Assembly (NCBI GenBank): GCA_002633005.1
Contig: NMRA01000315.1
Span: 164,452-228,451, forward strand
DNA length: 64,000 bases
Origin: Phoronis australis
Lineage: Eukaryota > Animalia > Phoronida
Reading direction: 5' to 3'
The translations under genes and the position numbers were made by a program. The notes below the pieces were generated by a model. It did not search any database. It had not been told where the DNA came from and saw only the letters and a list, made by a program, of their open reading frames with translations. Below, piece by piece: positions 1 to 11,934 of this stretch (positions are counted from its first letter, which is position 1; each line of letters begins with the position of its first letter).

Positions 1-349
1 ATAGATTCCCCAAGGCACTATGGCCATCAGAGAAATGTTCAGAAACTTATTGTAAAACAGCCGTTACCCGAGCTTTCGCTAGTATACATGTATGAGAAAT
101 GCCTAGGGTAAATAGTTACATCTTCAAGTGAACGTCAGTGTCCATCGCACGAGAAAGGAATACTTCTTAACGAGACTGTGTTATTTTAAAGCTTCAATCA
201 GAATTTCTGTCACTGTTAGATTTAGCCAGGGTGTGCGGCTGCGGTAATCTTTCCAAGGCAGTACAAATTTCTTTCCAGCATTTCAAAATACTGAATTGTT
301 CACAAATTAGACAAAAGTCACATCGTGTTGTAGAAAGGCAGTTAGCTGT

Positions 350-640
350 ATCGCCACCATACCGCTACACTGTAGCTGGACGTGTGTTGAGCTCCGTTAG
401 ACACCGAAATTTCACAAAACCCGGGTAGTTCAGCTCGTCACCTCGTCGTGAAACTTATATGTATATCGATATATAGAGCTCAATAACGACCGGTGAGGGT
501 GCTTGCAGAACATGGGAATCAGCCGATACTCACATTCCCCGTTGCAGTCTTTTAAGTGAAAAACATGTTCTAATAAACCTCATTTTTGCGAAATTTTCCG
601 CCTTTTGTAACTAAGAAAAGTCTGTGGTCGTTTTAAAATT
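350..640. repeat. Dispersed repeat also at ~24200-24460
   Basis: Shared CCCGGGTAGTT...CGTCACCTC..CGTGAAA...TTTAAGTGAAAAACA..TCTAATAAAC.TCATTTTTG...CCGCCTTTTGTAAC. Confidence 0.6.
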
Positions 641-1363
641 TTGCGATCTTTCGGGAGATGATAACAGCTTCGCAGCAGCAAGATTTGTTCTGAAATTGGG
701 TTTGCTGGTATTAAAACATTACACACTTGTAAGGAAATGAAACCAGTTCCGATAATTTTTTATGAGCTGTACGCATCCTCGTGGAAGTGAAGAAAAGTTG
801 ATTGAAGAATCCGGAGAAATTGGCCAATATGGATGACGCATGGCGCCAAAAGCCAACCCAAAAAGCCATCGCAATTTTAGCAGCAGATTAACGGTAGAAC
901 GCCGGTAAATAATTGAAATTACTCAAGGAAGAGTGTATTTTTAATGACATTTAATTAATTTTGGCGACCACAGCCCCAATGAATTATATAGTGTATGCGA
1001 CAGAAGCCGGAGGGACTGACGTCAACAAGGCAAGTACGAAGCTGGACACCCTCCCTCCGCGTCTGCAAAACAACGGACCGCGAGAAAAAACAGAACTCCT
1101 CGAATCTAAATAGGGGGTCAGTGCACTACCTGGGACCAAGGCAATGTCGAAACGGGCGCAACGAAGGATTGTGGAGAAGCGGGAGAGACGGAGTTTGCTG
1201 CGCGAACTATGCATTTTATATAATAGATAAGAAAGCTAAGACGTTGCTTCGGACGAGCAAATACTCCTGTGAAGATTGTTGGTGTTTTCAATCGTGGCAA
1301 ACTGTTTGATAGTGTCTTCCACGAATTTTCAAAGAACTTACAAGTGGCCAAAGCAATACTTAC

Positions 1364-1440
1364 GTATACGATGCAGCTCGTGTTTCATGAACAACTGAGA
1401 CGACGGCGAGAACCAATAAGCACGTCAAGGATGAAACCAT
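1364..1440 (-). CDS. Signal-peptide exon of a third EF-hand paralog (C); rest of gene lies beyond the left edge
   Basis: 77-nt coding exon MVSSLTCLLVLAVVSVVHETRAASY+AC followed by a GTAAGT donor (phase 2). Homologous to the first coding exons of A and B, with an acceptor at 1455-1456. Confidence 0.8.
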
Positions 1441-3850
1441 TTTGGAGACACTTTCTGAAAAATGAGCACACTTGTCTAATTTATATTTTGTCAATGAATC
1501 TATGAATAAATATACGCTAATATAGTTTGCTTGATGTTAATTTGTACGGTGCACTGTGTACTCCGGCATTCTATACCAAAATGTCGGTTCCTAGTCATTT
1601 TATCTCCCTACCTATAAACCAACTAGTCGATGGTTTTGAAATAGTTCGCAACGACATCATGATACATTTAAGTTAGGAATGGAGACAAGTTAGTTGGATT
1701 CTCGAAATTTTAAGATAATAAAAACACGCACGGTGTCATTTTCTCACAATTTCGAGGTTCATTCAGATATAGTCCATATACATGTAGTGAGCATAATGTT
1801 TTGTTATGTAGGTGAATTTTAAGGGGAAAGGTATTAGAATAACACCTAACGATGTTGATACACTTAGGAGCATTTTACGTGGGGACGTCATTAAAGTGGT
1901 GTATTACATTTTGTGAGACTGAACATCCTCATGGCGCCGCACCGCGGTGCAATTGTCTGTGTTGAAACTGCGTGTGTTTGATAACCTTAGTGACACTGGA
2001 TATTGGTTTGATACAGCTGAAATGAAAGTACTGGACAGAGGGAGTTTTTAGTTTCAGTGAGGTGTCAGATACTGAGAGACTGCTTGGGTCAAGAATCCAT
2101 TTTGAGCATAGAGCGGAGGGTCAGATTTAAGTTATCCATCCCATAGTCCAGGACCTTGCAGCCGTTGTCTATGAACACCGACAAGGGGCAATGAAATTTT
2201 CGGTTGTTCCCGGCATTTATCAATCCCCACTGCACAAGACGGAATTAGGCGACCCCGCTCCGATGAGAAAAATCACAGAATGTTTCAGAAGTTGAAATTC
2301 ATATTTTTTGTATGCATCCAATGTTGAAATCCATTTTCTCGTTTACTTGGTCCACAGTGGTGGTCGCAACGCAGGCATTAGTCTCACATACTTGTTTAAA
2401 TAATTGAAATATGACCGTAATTCCAAGACCCTTTTGACGTTGCTTATTGTTCTATGGAATCCCATTCACTAGGGCGGTACCGGATAGAAGTACCCTTCTT
2501 CCTGGATGTACAGTAGGAAAACGCGTTGTTACATTGACCTCGTTTTAGAAATGTCAGGCTGATTATAAGAATCACGTCAGAAAATTTTGCATCCACTGAT
2601 ACAGTACTTACTTATGAATAGGACGAACACGGTTCAGAGACAAAAGGGCCGGGCGTTACATATGCGGATGTTTTCACTGAACTGCTGTTTTTCTCAACAG
2701 TTTAAGTACATACCATTCGTGTATTTTAAACAGTATTTTTCCTAGTTTCCATAAGATTTCAATTATCATGAAGGAACAAAATTACATTTTCCATTATTGT
2801 GGTACTATTTGACTGTTTCTTGAGTATTACTGTTGACACTATTTCATTTTGCATTTTGTGGTGAAGCTGCAGTGTTAGAGTGACAGTAATTTAAAGATTA
2901 CAAATACATTACATGAACTTCAGGTTTTCTGCAGTGAAACAACTATTGCAAGAGTCATATTACCGAATCATCATGGAGAATAACTGTATTATATCACTTT
3001 TGGAATTCACTGGACAAGTACTTCTTCCTTATTTCACCGTCCCAAAAACATTTTTGCAAGAACTGAATTTGTGATTGAATACCCGCTTACATGTAGATCG
3101 ACTCATTAGGCAGCGAGTACAGGTAGCTCATATCCATATATTTTGTGTTGCTTATAAAACAATTTTAATTTGGTCAATAATTCTTGAAAATGCGCAGTTT
3201 TTCAAAAATCAGTTTTTTTGAGAGGCATAGTTGTTTGTTACATAGTATGACCCTGCTAGCAACACTCGAATAATTTAGTACATGGAAACACGATTTGAAT
3301 GATTATCGGTGACCGAAATGAAGTCCAGACTCTTCCGGCTCAGCGATGCTCATAGCACTAGCCGGATGATCAGGAGCTCTCCTGTAAATTTCGCAGGTTT
3401 TGAAATGAGTGTTAATAACAAATCCATGTAAAGTTCACGGTCGTGTCTCCTTCTATTATAAATCTCAGATCTGTCGAACTTGGATGAACTTCCTGCTATA
3501 CGTATTTTGCAATTTAGTAGAACACTTGACTGCGATAAAACAACAGTTTTATTTTGTGTGTGTTTACAACGCCTAGCCGCTAATTATTCATATTTAATTG
3601 GCCTTACAAGAATTTCTCGTATTTCGATAACAATCCACATCTGTCTAGAATTTGTCTGACAAGAGGATATTTAGTCACGGCTTCGTGCGTCAAAACTGTC
3701 GAATCTCCTACCCGACCGGCTCTGTTTATTTGTGATAACTACTACGCTCTACTAATTAAAGTAAAACTATTCAAATGTTTTGGACATTAGCAAATGTCAT
3801 AAAACATATCCGGCGTTTAGGCATACTTGGATCCAAGCAAGAAGGATTCA

Positions 3851-4075
3851 GTGTGGCCTAGTTTGATTGGGGCCCGCTTTATTTACTCGAGGTCGTGGGT
3901 TCTAATCCCACAGGCCAACATTGTTAGAACTTTGAGTCAGGTTTCTAACTCCTCAGCTCAGTTCTAACTATATATTAATACAGCACAAAAATAGTTCCAG
4001 GTGATCAGTGCAATGGGAGCACGTGCTCGGTCTATGCACTTCTGCTACAACCTGTACCAAACCGCTGTTTTAATC
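3851..4075 (+). mobile_element. tRNA-derived SINE-like element in intron 1 of paralog C
   Basis: A-box-like TGGCCTAGTTTG (3854-3865) and B-box-like GGTTCTAATCC (3898-3908). The body resembles 54900-55105 and is absent from paralog A's intron. Confidence 0.55.
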
Positions 4076-4257
4076 AAGAAGGCACCGCGAGCGCGTCCCT
4101 GCAACATCACTTTATGTTGCTAATAGTTCAGTAACTACATTCTGTTCATCATTCGTTGTCTTAACAGTTTAGCTGAACAGTAGGCAATAAACACAAGCTT
4201 CAAGCATGACGATGAAATTGAATTATCGAAACTCTTTGAGTGGACACTAATACTCAC

Positions 4258-4330
4258 CTATAATCAATGTCTTAACTGCGAGAACCTATAAGCGCTTTTT
4301 GTCAGTTCTTGCGAGATGGCACCTTATATA
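4258..4330 (-). promoter_or_regulatory. TATA box and non-coding exon 1 of paralog C
   Basis: Minus-strand TATATAAG (4330-4323), then about 65 nt ending in an AG|GTGAGT donor at 4258/4257. The block is conserved upstream of all three paralogs. Exact TSS is inferred. Confidence 0.7.
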
Positions 4331-6235
4331 AGTTCTACCCACATCAAATGTTTTCACTGTAGGCCTTAAGGGATTGTGGTCATCGTATAAACAAACAACG
4401 TTTTCATTTCCCCCATCTCGTTCCCAAACCTATTTAAAATACAAACACACCGATATTAATTTTGCTCTTGTTATATTAGCATAAATTTACTTTTCATAGA
4501 GTGACATTTGCTACTGTACAAACGTGATTTGAAATTACGTAATCACATAGTGAAATGGTGGTCAAATTAATGAGCTCTGTTCCTAATGGCTCAAACAAGA
4601 GGACAATAAGGTCAAGTGTACACCTGCCTGATACCTAGCAAGTGATACAATCGAAATACCTGTGAACAGCATATATCACTCTTTCTAATCCAGGAAGGCT
4701 GGTTTACCTGTCAAAGGAAATTCAAGAAGCAGCTGTTGTTAATAGACTCGTGAATCGACAATAGCATTCGATATTGTTTATATGTGTATGTATACGTTCA
4801 GTTATATACATGTATATGTGCACATGCATGTACGTATGCATGTAATATATGTAATTAGTTTGGCAGTTGCCCTCTAATAGGCAGAAATTTTTGACTACAC
4901 GACTGTTTTGTCTAAGCTCTCATACATTGCACGTGCTGTTGCTTATTCAAAGTAGACTTTTAATCAGTGCATATTGTCCAATTACGTACGTGCTCTCGAA
5001 TTTCAAAATTGCGGAAGTCTTTCTGCATGTTTCCAAGACCAGTTTGGACTAGAAATTTGACACATTTGTCCTAACTAATTAATTTCATACAATGCGATGG
5101 GTTACATTTTGAAAAAAGTATTGAAAGAATTTTGACGAAATTTGTCCTGAATAAGTGTTTGATTACAATGTTTTTTCTTTTTCCGCCTCTTAACTTTGCC
5201 AACACGGGCAGTTTTCGTAGCCTATTGGCTTACAGGCCAACCGTTATTATGCTACGTCATGGCAGGTGTTTCTTATGATCGGTTACGCGTATCCAGTCTC
5301 CTGTGTACAAGACATAGAATCTACACGCACGTTCATGTACTTCTGAGCCCAGTTCACCTATAACTGATTCTGTGCCTTATCTTGCGCAATAGCGGACACT
5401 TCATATTTGCGCTCTGTAGAGTATTGCGTGTGAGAAAACGACTTCCGCTTGATCCCGACTCACTTTTGGTTGACTACTACATAGCGCTTCATTCACTTAA
5501 AGTCAGAGGAATAAATACTACTGCCAGTCCCTCCCATTGTTTAATTAGGTGAAGTTCAATAATTCATTTTAGCTTTTTTACATCGTCTGTGGTAGAAATT
5601 CTCCCTCTTTATCAGTCTCAACCACGTAGTATGCACTCATGGACTGCAGTGTGAATTGTATGGGACACGGCGCTCTTCTTGGATGGAGATTTTAAGAGGT
5701 ACATGCACGACTTTTTTGTTTCCTAAGCCATTAGTATAGCCCACGGCACACCAGTGGAAATTTGCCGGCATCATGGTAGAAAGGAGTTATATCTCTGTTT
5801 ATACCTCTTGAATGTATGAAATCTGTTGTCCTCATTACATGGTGGCGCTGCACACCTGTCCACCAAATAGATGATTGCCGTCTGAGGGATAGTGAATTTC
5901 GATATCGAGCGTTTCTGGCTTGCCCCCGCGACTGCGTTGAGACCTTTTTTGACTTGCTGCTGATAAACCTACATGCATGTTATTTTATTTCTGCCTGAAG
6001 ATGGGGCATGACACGGCGGTTTTCGAAATGTAGCCGTTAATTTATGATTTGCTGTTAAATATCCTGGTGGTCAGAGGTGTAGTTGTTATCTGGAATATCA
6101 ACAAGTAAATTTCGATGAATAGTGTAATATAAAGGAGCTTCACTTTAACTTCAAATGATGTTTCCATTTTCTGTAAGGTGTCGCTTAATCTCAAAGGTCA
6201 CGTTAAGTTAGCGTCTCCTTCGTAACACACATAAA

Positions 6236-7480
6236 TCAAGGTTGCATTTCTGGAAAGTGCTTTCTCAGTTGCCTCGGGACCTCGATGTCACATTCCACAA
6301 CTCCAAATAAAGTACCATTTAGAACAAATATCTTTATTTGTTCACTCGTAAGGTTGTAGAAACGTTCCGTGGATAACTCTCGTCTTCTGATAAAAGACCG
6401 TAGGGTATCGTCTTGCCGTTTAAAATGCCCAAATTCATTATCAAAACCTTTATCTATGATATAGTCTCCAACTTTTCTGGTGTTCTCCATGAGCTCACTC
6501 ACGGCGAAGTTCCGGGTCTCATTCTTCGTCCTCGAAATTTCGTCTTTTTTTTCCTTGAGACTACAGTCGTAGCCGTGCCAGTTTCTTCCTTAGAATCTGA
6601 ACAAATTTTGTGCGAGAGACGACAGAAAAAGGCCACTGGAATACAACGCTGACCCATTTTTTTCAACCCCATTGGATGGTGAAGAATAATGATGCCGATT
6701 TGTCACGTTTTGTAATCCAACCAATTATTTTTCGCCTACGACGAATAAATGGTCTTGTCGGTTACTCCTTCAAGTTGCTTCGGAAGCAATCAGAGCATTT
6801 ACGGCGAAACCCAGAGTCTTTGACATCATATTTAGTGTTTTTCTGACTTTCCCCATCTCCCTTTGGTATTTACCTTTCCGTGGTACCTGTGGAAAATCAT
6901 ACTGGGACCTCCAACGATATTCTGTTTGAAAGCATTGTACAAGTCTTTATTTTTTAAAAGAATCTCCATGTTCAGTCCGGGCACGTCGATGCCATCTTTG
7001 AAGAGGTCGACGCCTTTTCCCCGTGGAGCGCCGCATTGATATTGACGGCTTCCAGCATGGGGCCGGTTTCTTTCTTAATGTACCACACCAAAAAATCTCC
7101 CACACTCGTCATGATGTTGTCGTTCTATGTCTTAAGGCAAAGGGCGTCGCTAATTGATTCCAATTTGGAATTGCCGCTTGAGGTGGTAGAGACGTTTCCT
7201 CTAGTTTACCCAAGTTATCCACGAACATGTAGGGAAAGAAACCTTTCTCCTCAGTCGTCTGACACGCCTTTAAAATCAGACTTTTGCATAGCTACAACCC
7301 GGGGCCAAGTGATTCACAGTGTCGAATAACTTAAGTTCATCTGTTGTTAAGCACATACAGTTATTGTTTCGCTTGATCACGAAACTCAAATATTGCAGCG
7401 ATAAAAGTATTGGAAAAATTTCTTCTTCATGGTTTTCATGTCGTAAGTTCCCAGATTGAAACCAGCTAGTCGTCGGCATA
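6236..7480 (-). mobile_element. Degenerate, internally deleted Polinton/Maverick-type protein-primed DNA polymerase B fragment
   Basis: Translated pieces FVIKRNNNCMCLTTDELKLFDTVNHLAPGCSY, NIVGGPS, a motif-A-like GFDVNAL in the sister copy, and LFGVVECDIEVPRQLRKHFPEMQP resemble Polinton pPolB. Many frameshifts and stops. Confidence 0.75.
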
Positions 7481-7699
7481 TTTTTGAGGAAACATCAAAC
7501 TCGGCAGCAGTGTCTTACAGGAAGAGACGAGGACGTTTCTCTTCTGTCCCCCGTCTTTGTCTACGTCATCCACCTCAGTGTTTTGTGTTGTCTGCTACAT
7601 CCCTACGAACATTTAATTTTCTCAAAAAAACATCGCAAACTTCTACCAAGTAGATCACATTTGATTTAGGCCAGAACAGAAGCACGAACTTTAAAATTA

Positions 7700-8730
7700 G
7701 CGCTTAAGAAAATAACGACATATCTATCCAACGTTTCGGTTTATTACTCTAAACCATTATCAAGGAAACAGTTCACAGACTCAAAACAGGCGACACAGGT
7801 AAAGAAGAGACTGTACAGGTACACGTTAGAATGCATTGTGAGGGGGAGAGACCAGAAATCAAAACAGTTTGAGCTCAAATGAACCAATGTTTCTATTGAT
7901 GTAAGGCTCAACATGATTCAACCGTAGATGCATAGCCTCCTTTATCAGGATCGAGCCTGAAGGTGGCATTATCCTAGTCTAGGGTCTGAACACCAGAGTA
8001 ATCTACATGTATAGTGTGTTGTCAAGGAATGATTGAGAACAGCCTTGTGCGTGCCTTTACAGTGTTCTTTGACTCTGATGCTAAGAATCCTGTTCGCCAT
8101 TCCAATGTAAGACTGTTAACAGTCACTACAGTTGAGTTGGTACACAACATGACTTCTTTGAGAAGTACTCAACGGTGTTTTCAGTCTCGAAAATGACAAA
8201 AGTCTGTTTACAGGTTTGAAGATTGTAGCGAGTTGCAAACATGGAGCAATAGCTCCAAGTATTCTCTTAACCTGCCTCTAGACTACACAACTACTGTTAC
8301 CTAAATAGGGGAGATTGAGAAATACTGTCTTCAATTCAGGCCCATGACAAACATCCTCAGGTGTCCTGGATTGGTTACGTAAAAACCTGTCAATGCAAGA
8401 TTTTATAAATGTTTTAGGGTATCCATTTTGAATCAAGAAGTTATTTAAAAATTCAAGTTCCCGGTCAGACAAGTCAGAATTGCTACATATTTTAAAGGCC
8501 CGATTAATTACACCATTGACCAGACCAGTTTTGTGCTTTTAGGAACAAAACTATCCCACTTGAGGTACAGACCTGAGAAAGTGGATTTTTTATAAACTGA
8601 TGAAGACAATAAGTCATTCAGACGGTGAATTAATACACCAAGAAAATTAATGCAGTTGTTAGCTTCTGTCTCCATGGTAAATTTGATACTATTACATAAC
8701 GTGTTCATCCAGTCAAGAAATGACATTATG
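7700..8730 (-). mobile_element. 5'-truncated Penelope-like retroelement (RT C-terminus, GIY-YIG endonuclease, 3' terminal region)
   Basis: SIKFTMETEANNCINFLGV...VYKKSTFSGLYLKWDSFVP and ELEFLNNFLIQNGYPKTFI (RT C-terminal region). Then SHVVYQLNCSDC*QSYIGMANRILSIRVKEH...LIKEAMHL...INRNIG (GIY-YIG), with a stop at 7861-7859. In-frame stops present. Confidence 0.85.
7727..7766 (-). ncRNA. Minimal type I hammerhead ribozyme motif of the Penelope-like element
   Basis: Minus strand UCC-UUGAUAA-U-GGUUUA(gaguaa)UAAACC-GAAAC-GUU-GGA: stem I UCC/GGA, core UUGAUAA, 6-bp stem II, GAAAC. Located in the PLE 3' terminal region. Confidence 0.6.
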
Positions 8731-8927
8731 CAATTTCAATCTCATTCTACAATGTACAACTATTTTAACATTTTTTCATGTTCTCTTCTTGAAACTGCAG
8801 AGTATAATTGCAAAAGCGTGTTCAAATGAAAAACACAAATTGCCAAACAAATTCAAAATATTTTTATTTGTTGATTAAAGTCATAGACCACACACGTGTA
8901 GCTAAAACAATTGATCATGTTTTCTTT

Positions 8928-8951
8928 TCAGTAGAAGTTTGTCCCGAACAC
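8928..8951 (-). other. Extra copy of paralog A terminal coding exon (VFGTNFY*)
   Basis: Identical 24-nt exon with intact acceptor, inside the local duplication 6202-10170. Confidence 0.7.
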
Positions 8952-10424
8952 CTGTAAAATATAACAAATACATAAAGATAGGTACAGTAAATGGGAAGGT
9001 TGCGGTTCACAACACTACAACGACAACGAGAAGCAATGCTATATGGGAATACATATCCCACATTGATTTTAACACGCCATTTTTAAAATGTCCAGTAAAG
9101 AATCACGCATCAAAGTTTAAAAGAGAAACGTGGACTCAGCAGCTTTTGCATTCACAAGATGACCAGACATCTACAAATGTGCCCAGAGTTTTGGCGAGTT
9201 TTTCTTCACAAATTAAGGTACTGGACGCGTACAGATGGGAGAATCCCCGATTTTCGAAAGCACTCCATCGTTTTTATACGTTCACATGTACATGTGCGAG
9301 CATATTGTCGCCATATCTGTCTGGACGTCTGGATCGTAATTAAATTTGACGCATGTGTTTTTGTAAAGCGGACGACAGATGGCGACGGATTTTGGACCGA
9401 TCCGACTTCCGCTGTGCCGCCATTTGTACTAAACAAAAATTCCACCCAGAGCTCGACATTCCACAGTAAGAAACAACAGCAGGACAACGTATGCCTCTGT
9501 ATCATCCTTGATGGATTTTAACGAAATTTGGAAAACATGTTTCAATTAAGGAGAAGAAACATTCCCGTTTTCGAAAGGTTTTGGAGATTGTTTGCCACCT
9601 TGTGGCCACTTATTTTTTTAGTCCGTTTTTGGCGGCTGCTTCTTGCTACCTGCTGAACAATTATTTTCATTTTCATATTTTCCGATATGTTTTTATGTAA
9701 AATTGTTCGTTTATGTTGAGGGTGTACCAGGCTCACTTTCAGAAGGAACAACATTATTTTAAAGAATAACAACAATGATTGGATAGTTAGATTCTTGATG
9801 TTGCAACTTACATTTATTATGGCACTTTTATGTTAACTTCATTTTCTGGTATATAGCTGCAAATCTAATCTCTGCCCGTGAGTCTCGAGTGACGACCAGT
9901 ACCTATCATAGTCGCAGCGCCACCACAAAGCTACTTTCCTAAAGTACTCCACTGATAAAAACCCATCATTTTCTGTTAGCATGCTACTTTTAAGTCACTT
10001 TGATTAACATGTGTTTTTTGTGATTTAAAGACAGTTGATTGTGCAAGTCTCAGTCGACTTCCATTCGTTTCTGTCGCTTTCCAGACTGTACTGAAAACTA
10101 TCTTTGTGTGTCCGAGGAGTCAGGGTCGCGCGAGAGGAAAACAACTGAGACGAACTGCAGTAAGTTGATGNGTTTGGTTGTTTGATTAAAGTAATCTTTA
10201 GAGAGGGCGCTAGCGTAGTTTCTCTTTGTAGTTGATTACTTAATTAACTATAGGTTTCATTTGTCTAATTAGGGGTTATCATATAATAAATTAAATACTG
10301 GATTTGATTATTCACTCTCCATCTACGCACAACTTCAAAGCATAGCTACCTTTTAAACAAACCCACACAGACTATCGTCTGACAGTCAGGTTAAGTTAGC
10401 GTCTCGTTCATAATACACATAAAA

Positions 10425-11448
10425 CAAGGTTGCATTTCTGGAAAGAGCTTTCTCAGTTACCTCGGGACCTCGATGTCACATTCCACAACTCCAAATAAAG
10501 TATCATTTAGAACAAATATCATTATTTGTTCACACGTGAGGTTGTAGAAACGTTCCTTGGATAACTCTCGTCAGCTGACAATAGACAGTAGGGTGTCGTC
10601 TTGCTGTTTAAAATGCCCAAATTCATAATCATAACCTTGATCTATGATATAGTCTCCAACTTTTCTGGTGTTCTCCACTGATGAGCTCACTCATGGCGAA
10701 GTTCCGGGTCTCATTCTTCGTCCTCGGAATTTCGTCTTTTTTTCCTTGAGACTACAGTCGTAGCCGTGCCAGTATCATCCTTAGAGTCTGAACAAATTTT
10801 GTGCGAGAGACGACAGAAAAAGGCCATTGGAATACAACGCTGACCCATTTTTTCAACCCCATTGGATGGTGAAGAATTCTGATACCGATTTGTCACGTTA
10901 TGTAACCCAACCAATTATTTTTCGCCTACGACGAATAAATGGTCTTGTCGGTTACTCCTTCAAGTTGCTCCGAAAGCAATTAGAGCGTTTACATCGAAAC
11001 CCAGAGTCTTTGGCACCACATTTAGTGTTTTTCCGACTTTCCCCATCTCCCCTTGGCATATAAATGTATTTACCTTTTCGTGGCACCTGTGGAAAACAAT
11101 ACTGGGACCTCCAACGATATTCTGTTGAAAAGTATTGTACAAGTCTTCATTTTTTAAAAGAACCTCCATACTCAGTCCGGGCACGTCGATGCCATCTTTG
11201 AAGAGGTCGACGCCTTTTTCCCCGTAGAACACCGCATTGGTATTGACGGCTTCCAGCATGGGGCCGGTGTCTTTCTTAATGTAGCACACCAAAAAATCTC
11301 CCACACTCGTCATGATGTTGTCTTTCCATGTCTTACGGCAAAGGGCGTCGCTAATTGCTTCCAATTTGGAATTGCTGCTTGAGGTGGTAGAGACGTTTCC
11401 TCTAGTTTACCCAAGTTATCCACGAACTTGTAGGGAAAGGAACCTTTC
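10425..11448 (-). mobile_element. Second copy of the Polinton-type polB fragment
   Basis: ORF 10960-11364: DFLVCYIKKDTGPMLEAV...DLFKDGIDVPGLS...LYNTFQQNIVGGPSIVFHRCHEK...LGFDVNAL; near-identical to 6236-7247. Confidence 0.75.
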
Positions 11449-11730
11449 AAGTTCCCGGTCAGACAAGTCAGAATTGCTACATATTTTAAAGGCCCGATTA
11501 ATTACACCATTGACCAGACCAGTTTTGTGCTTTTTAGGAACAAAACTATCCCACTTGAGGTACAGACCTGAGAATGTGGGTTTTCTTTACACTGATGTAG
11601 ACAATAAGTCATTCTGACGGTGAATTAATACATCAAGAAAATTAATGCAGTAATTGTTTGCTTCTGTCTCCATGGTAAATTTGATACTATTACATAACGT
11701 GTTCATCCAGTCAAGAAATGACATTATGCA
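11449..11730 (-). mobile_element. Remnant of the Penelope-like RT in the duplicated block
   Basis: Near-identical to 8455-8730. Confidence 0.75.
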
Positions 11731-11869
11731 GTTTCAAACTCATTCTACATTGTATAACTTATATAACTATTTTAACATTTTTTCATGTTCTCTTCTTGAA
11801 ACTGCAGAGTATAATTGCGAAAGCGTGTTCAAATGAAAAACACAAATTGCCAAACAAATTCAGAATATT

Positions 11870-11875
11870 TTTATT
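11870..11875 (-). terminator. Polyadenylation signal AATAAA of paralog A
   Basis: AATAAA about 60 nt after the stop codon; conserved at the same position after B's stop (~29283-29288) and in the duplicate (~8863-8868). Confidence 0.55.
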
Positions 11876-11934
11876 TGTCGATTAAAGTCATAGACCACAC
11901 ATGTGTAGCTGAAACAATAGAACATGTTTTCTTT

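Noticed and set aside
3851-3920. tRNA gene
   Set aside because: A/B-box-like motifs are present but there is no consistent cloverleaf, and it continues into a repeated body; treated as a SINE.
8939-9775. Several 77-134 aa ORFs (also at 12266-12777 and 29534-30125)
   Set aside because: They lie in the last intron of the EF-hand genes, and reading frames are not preserved among the three copies.
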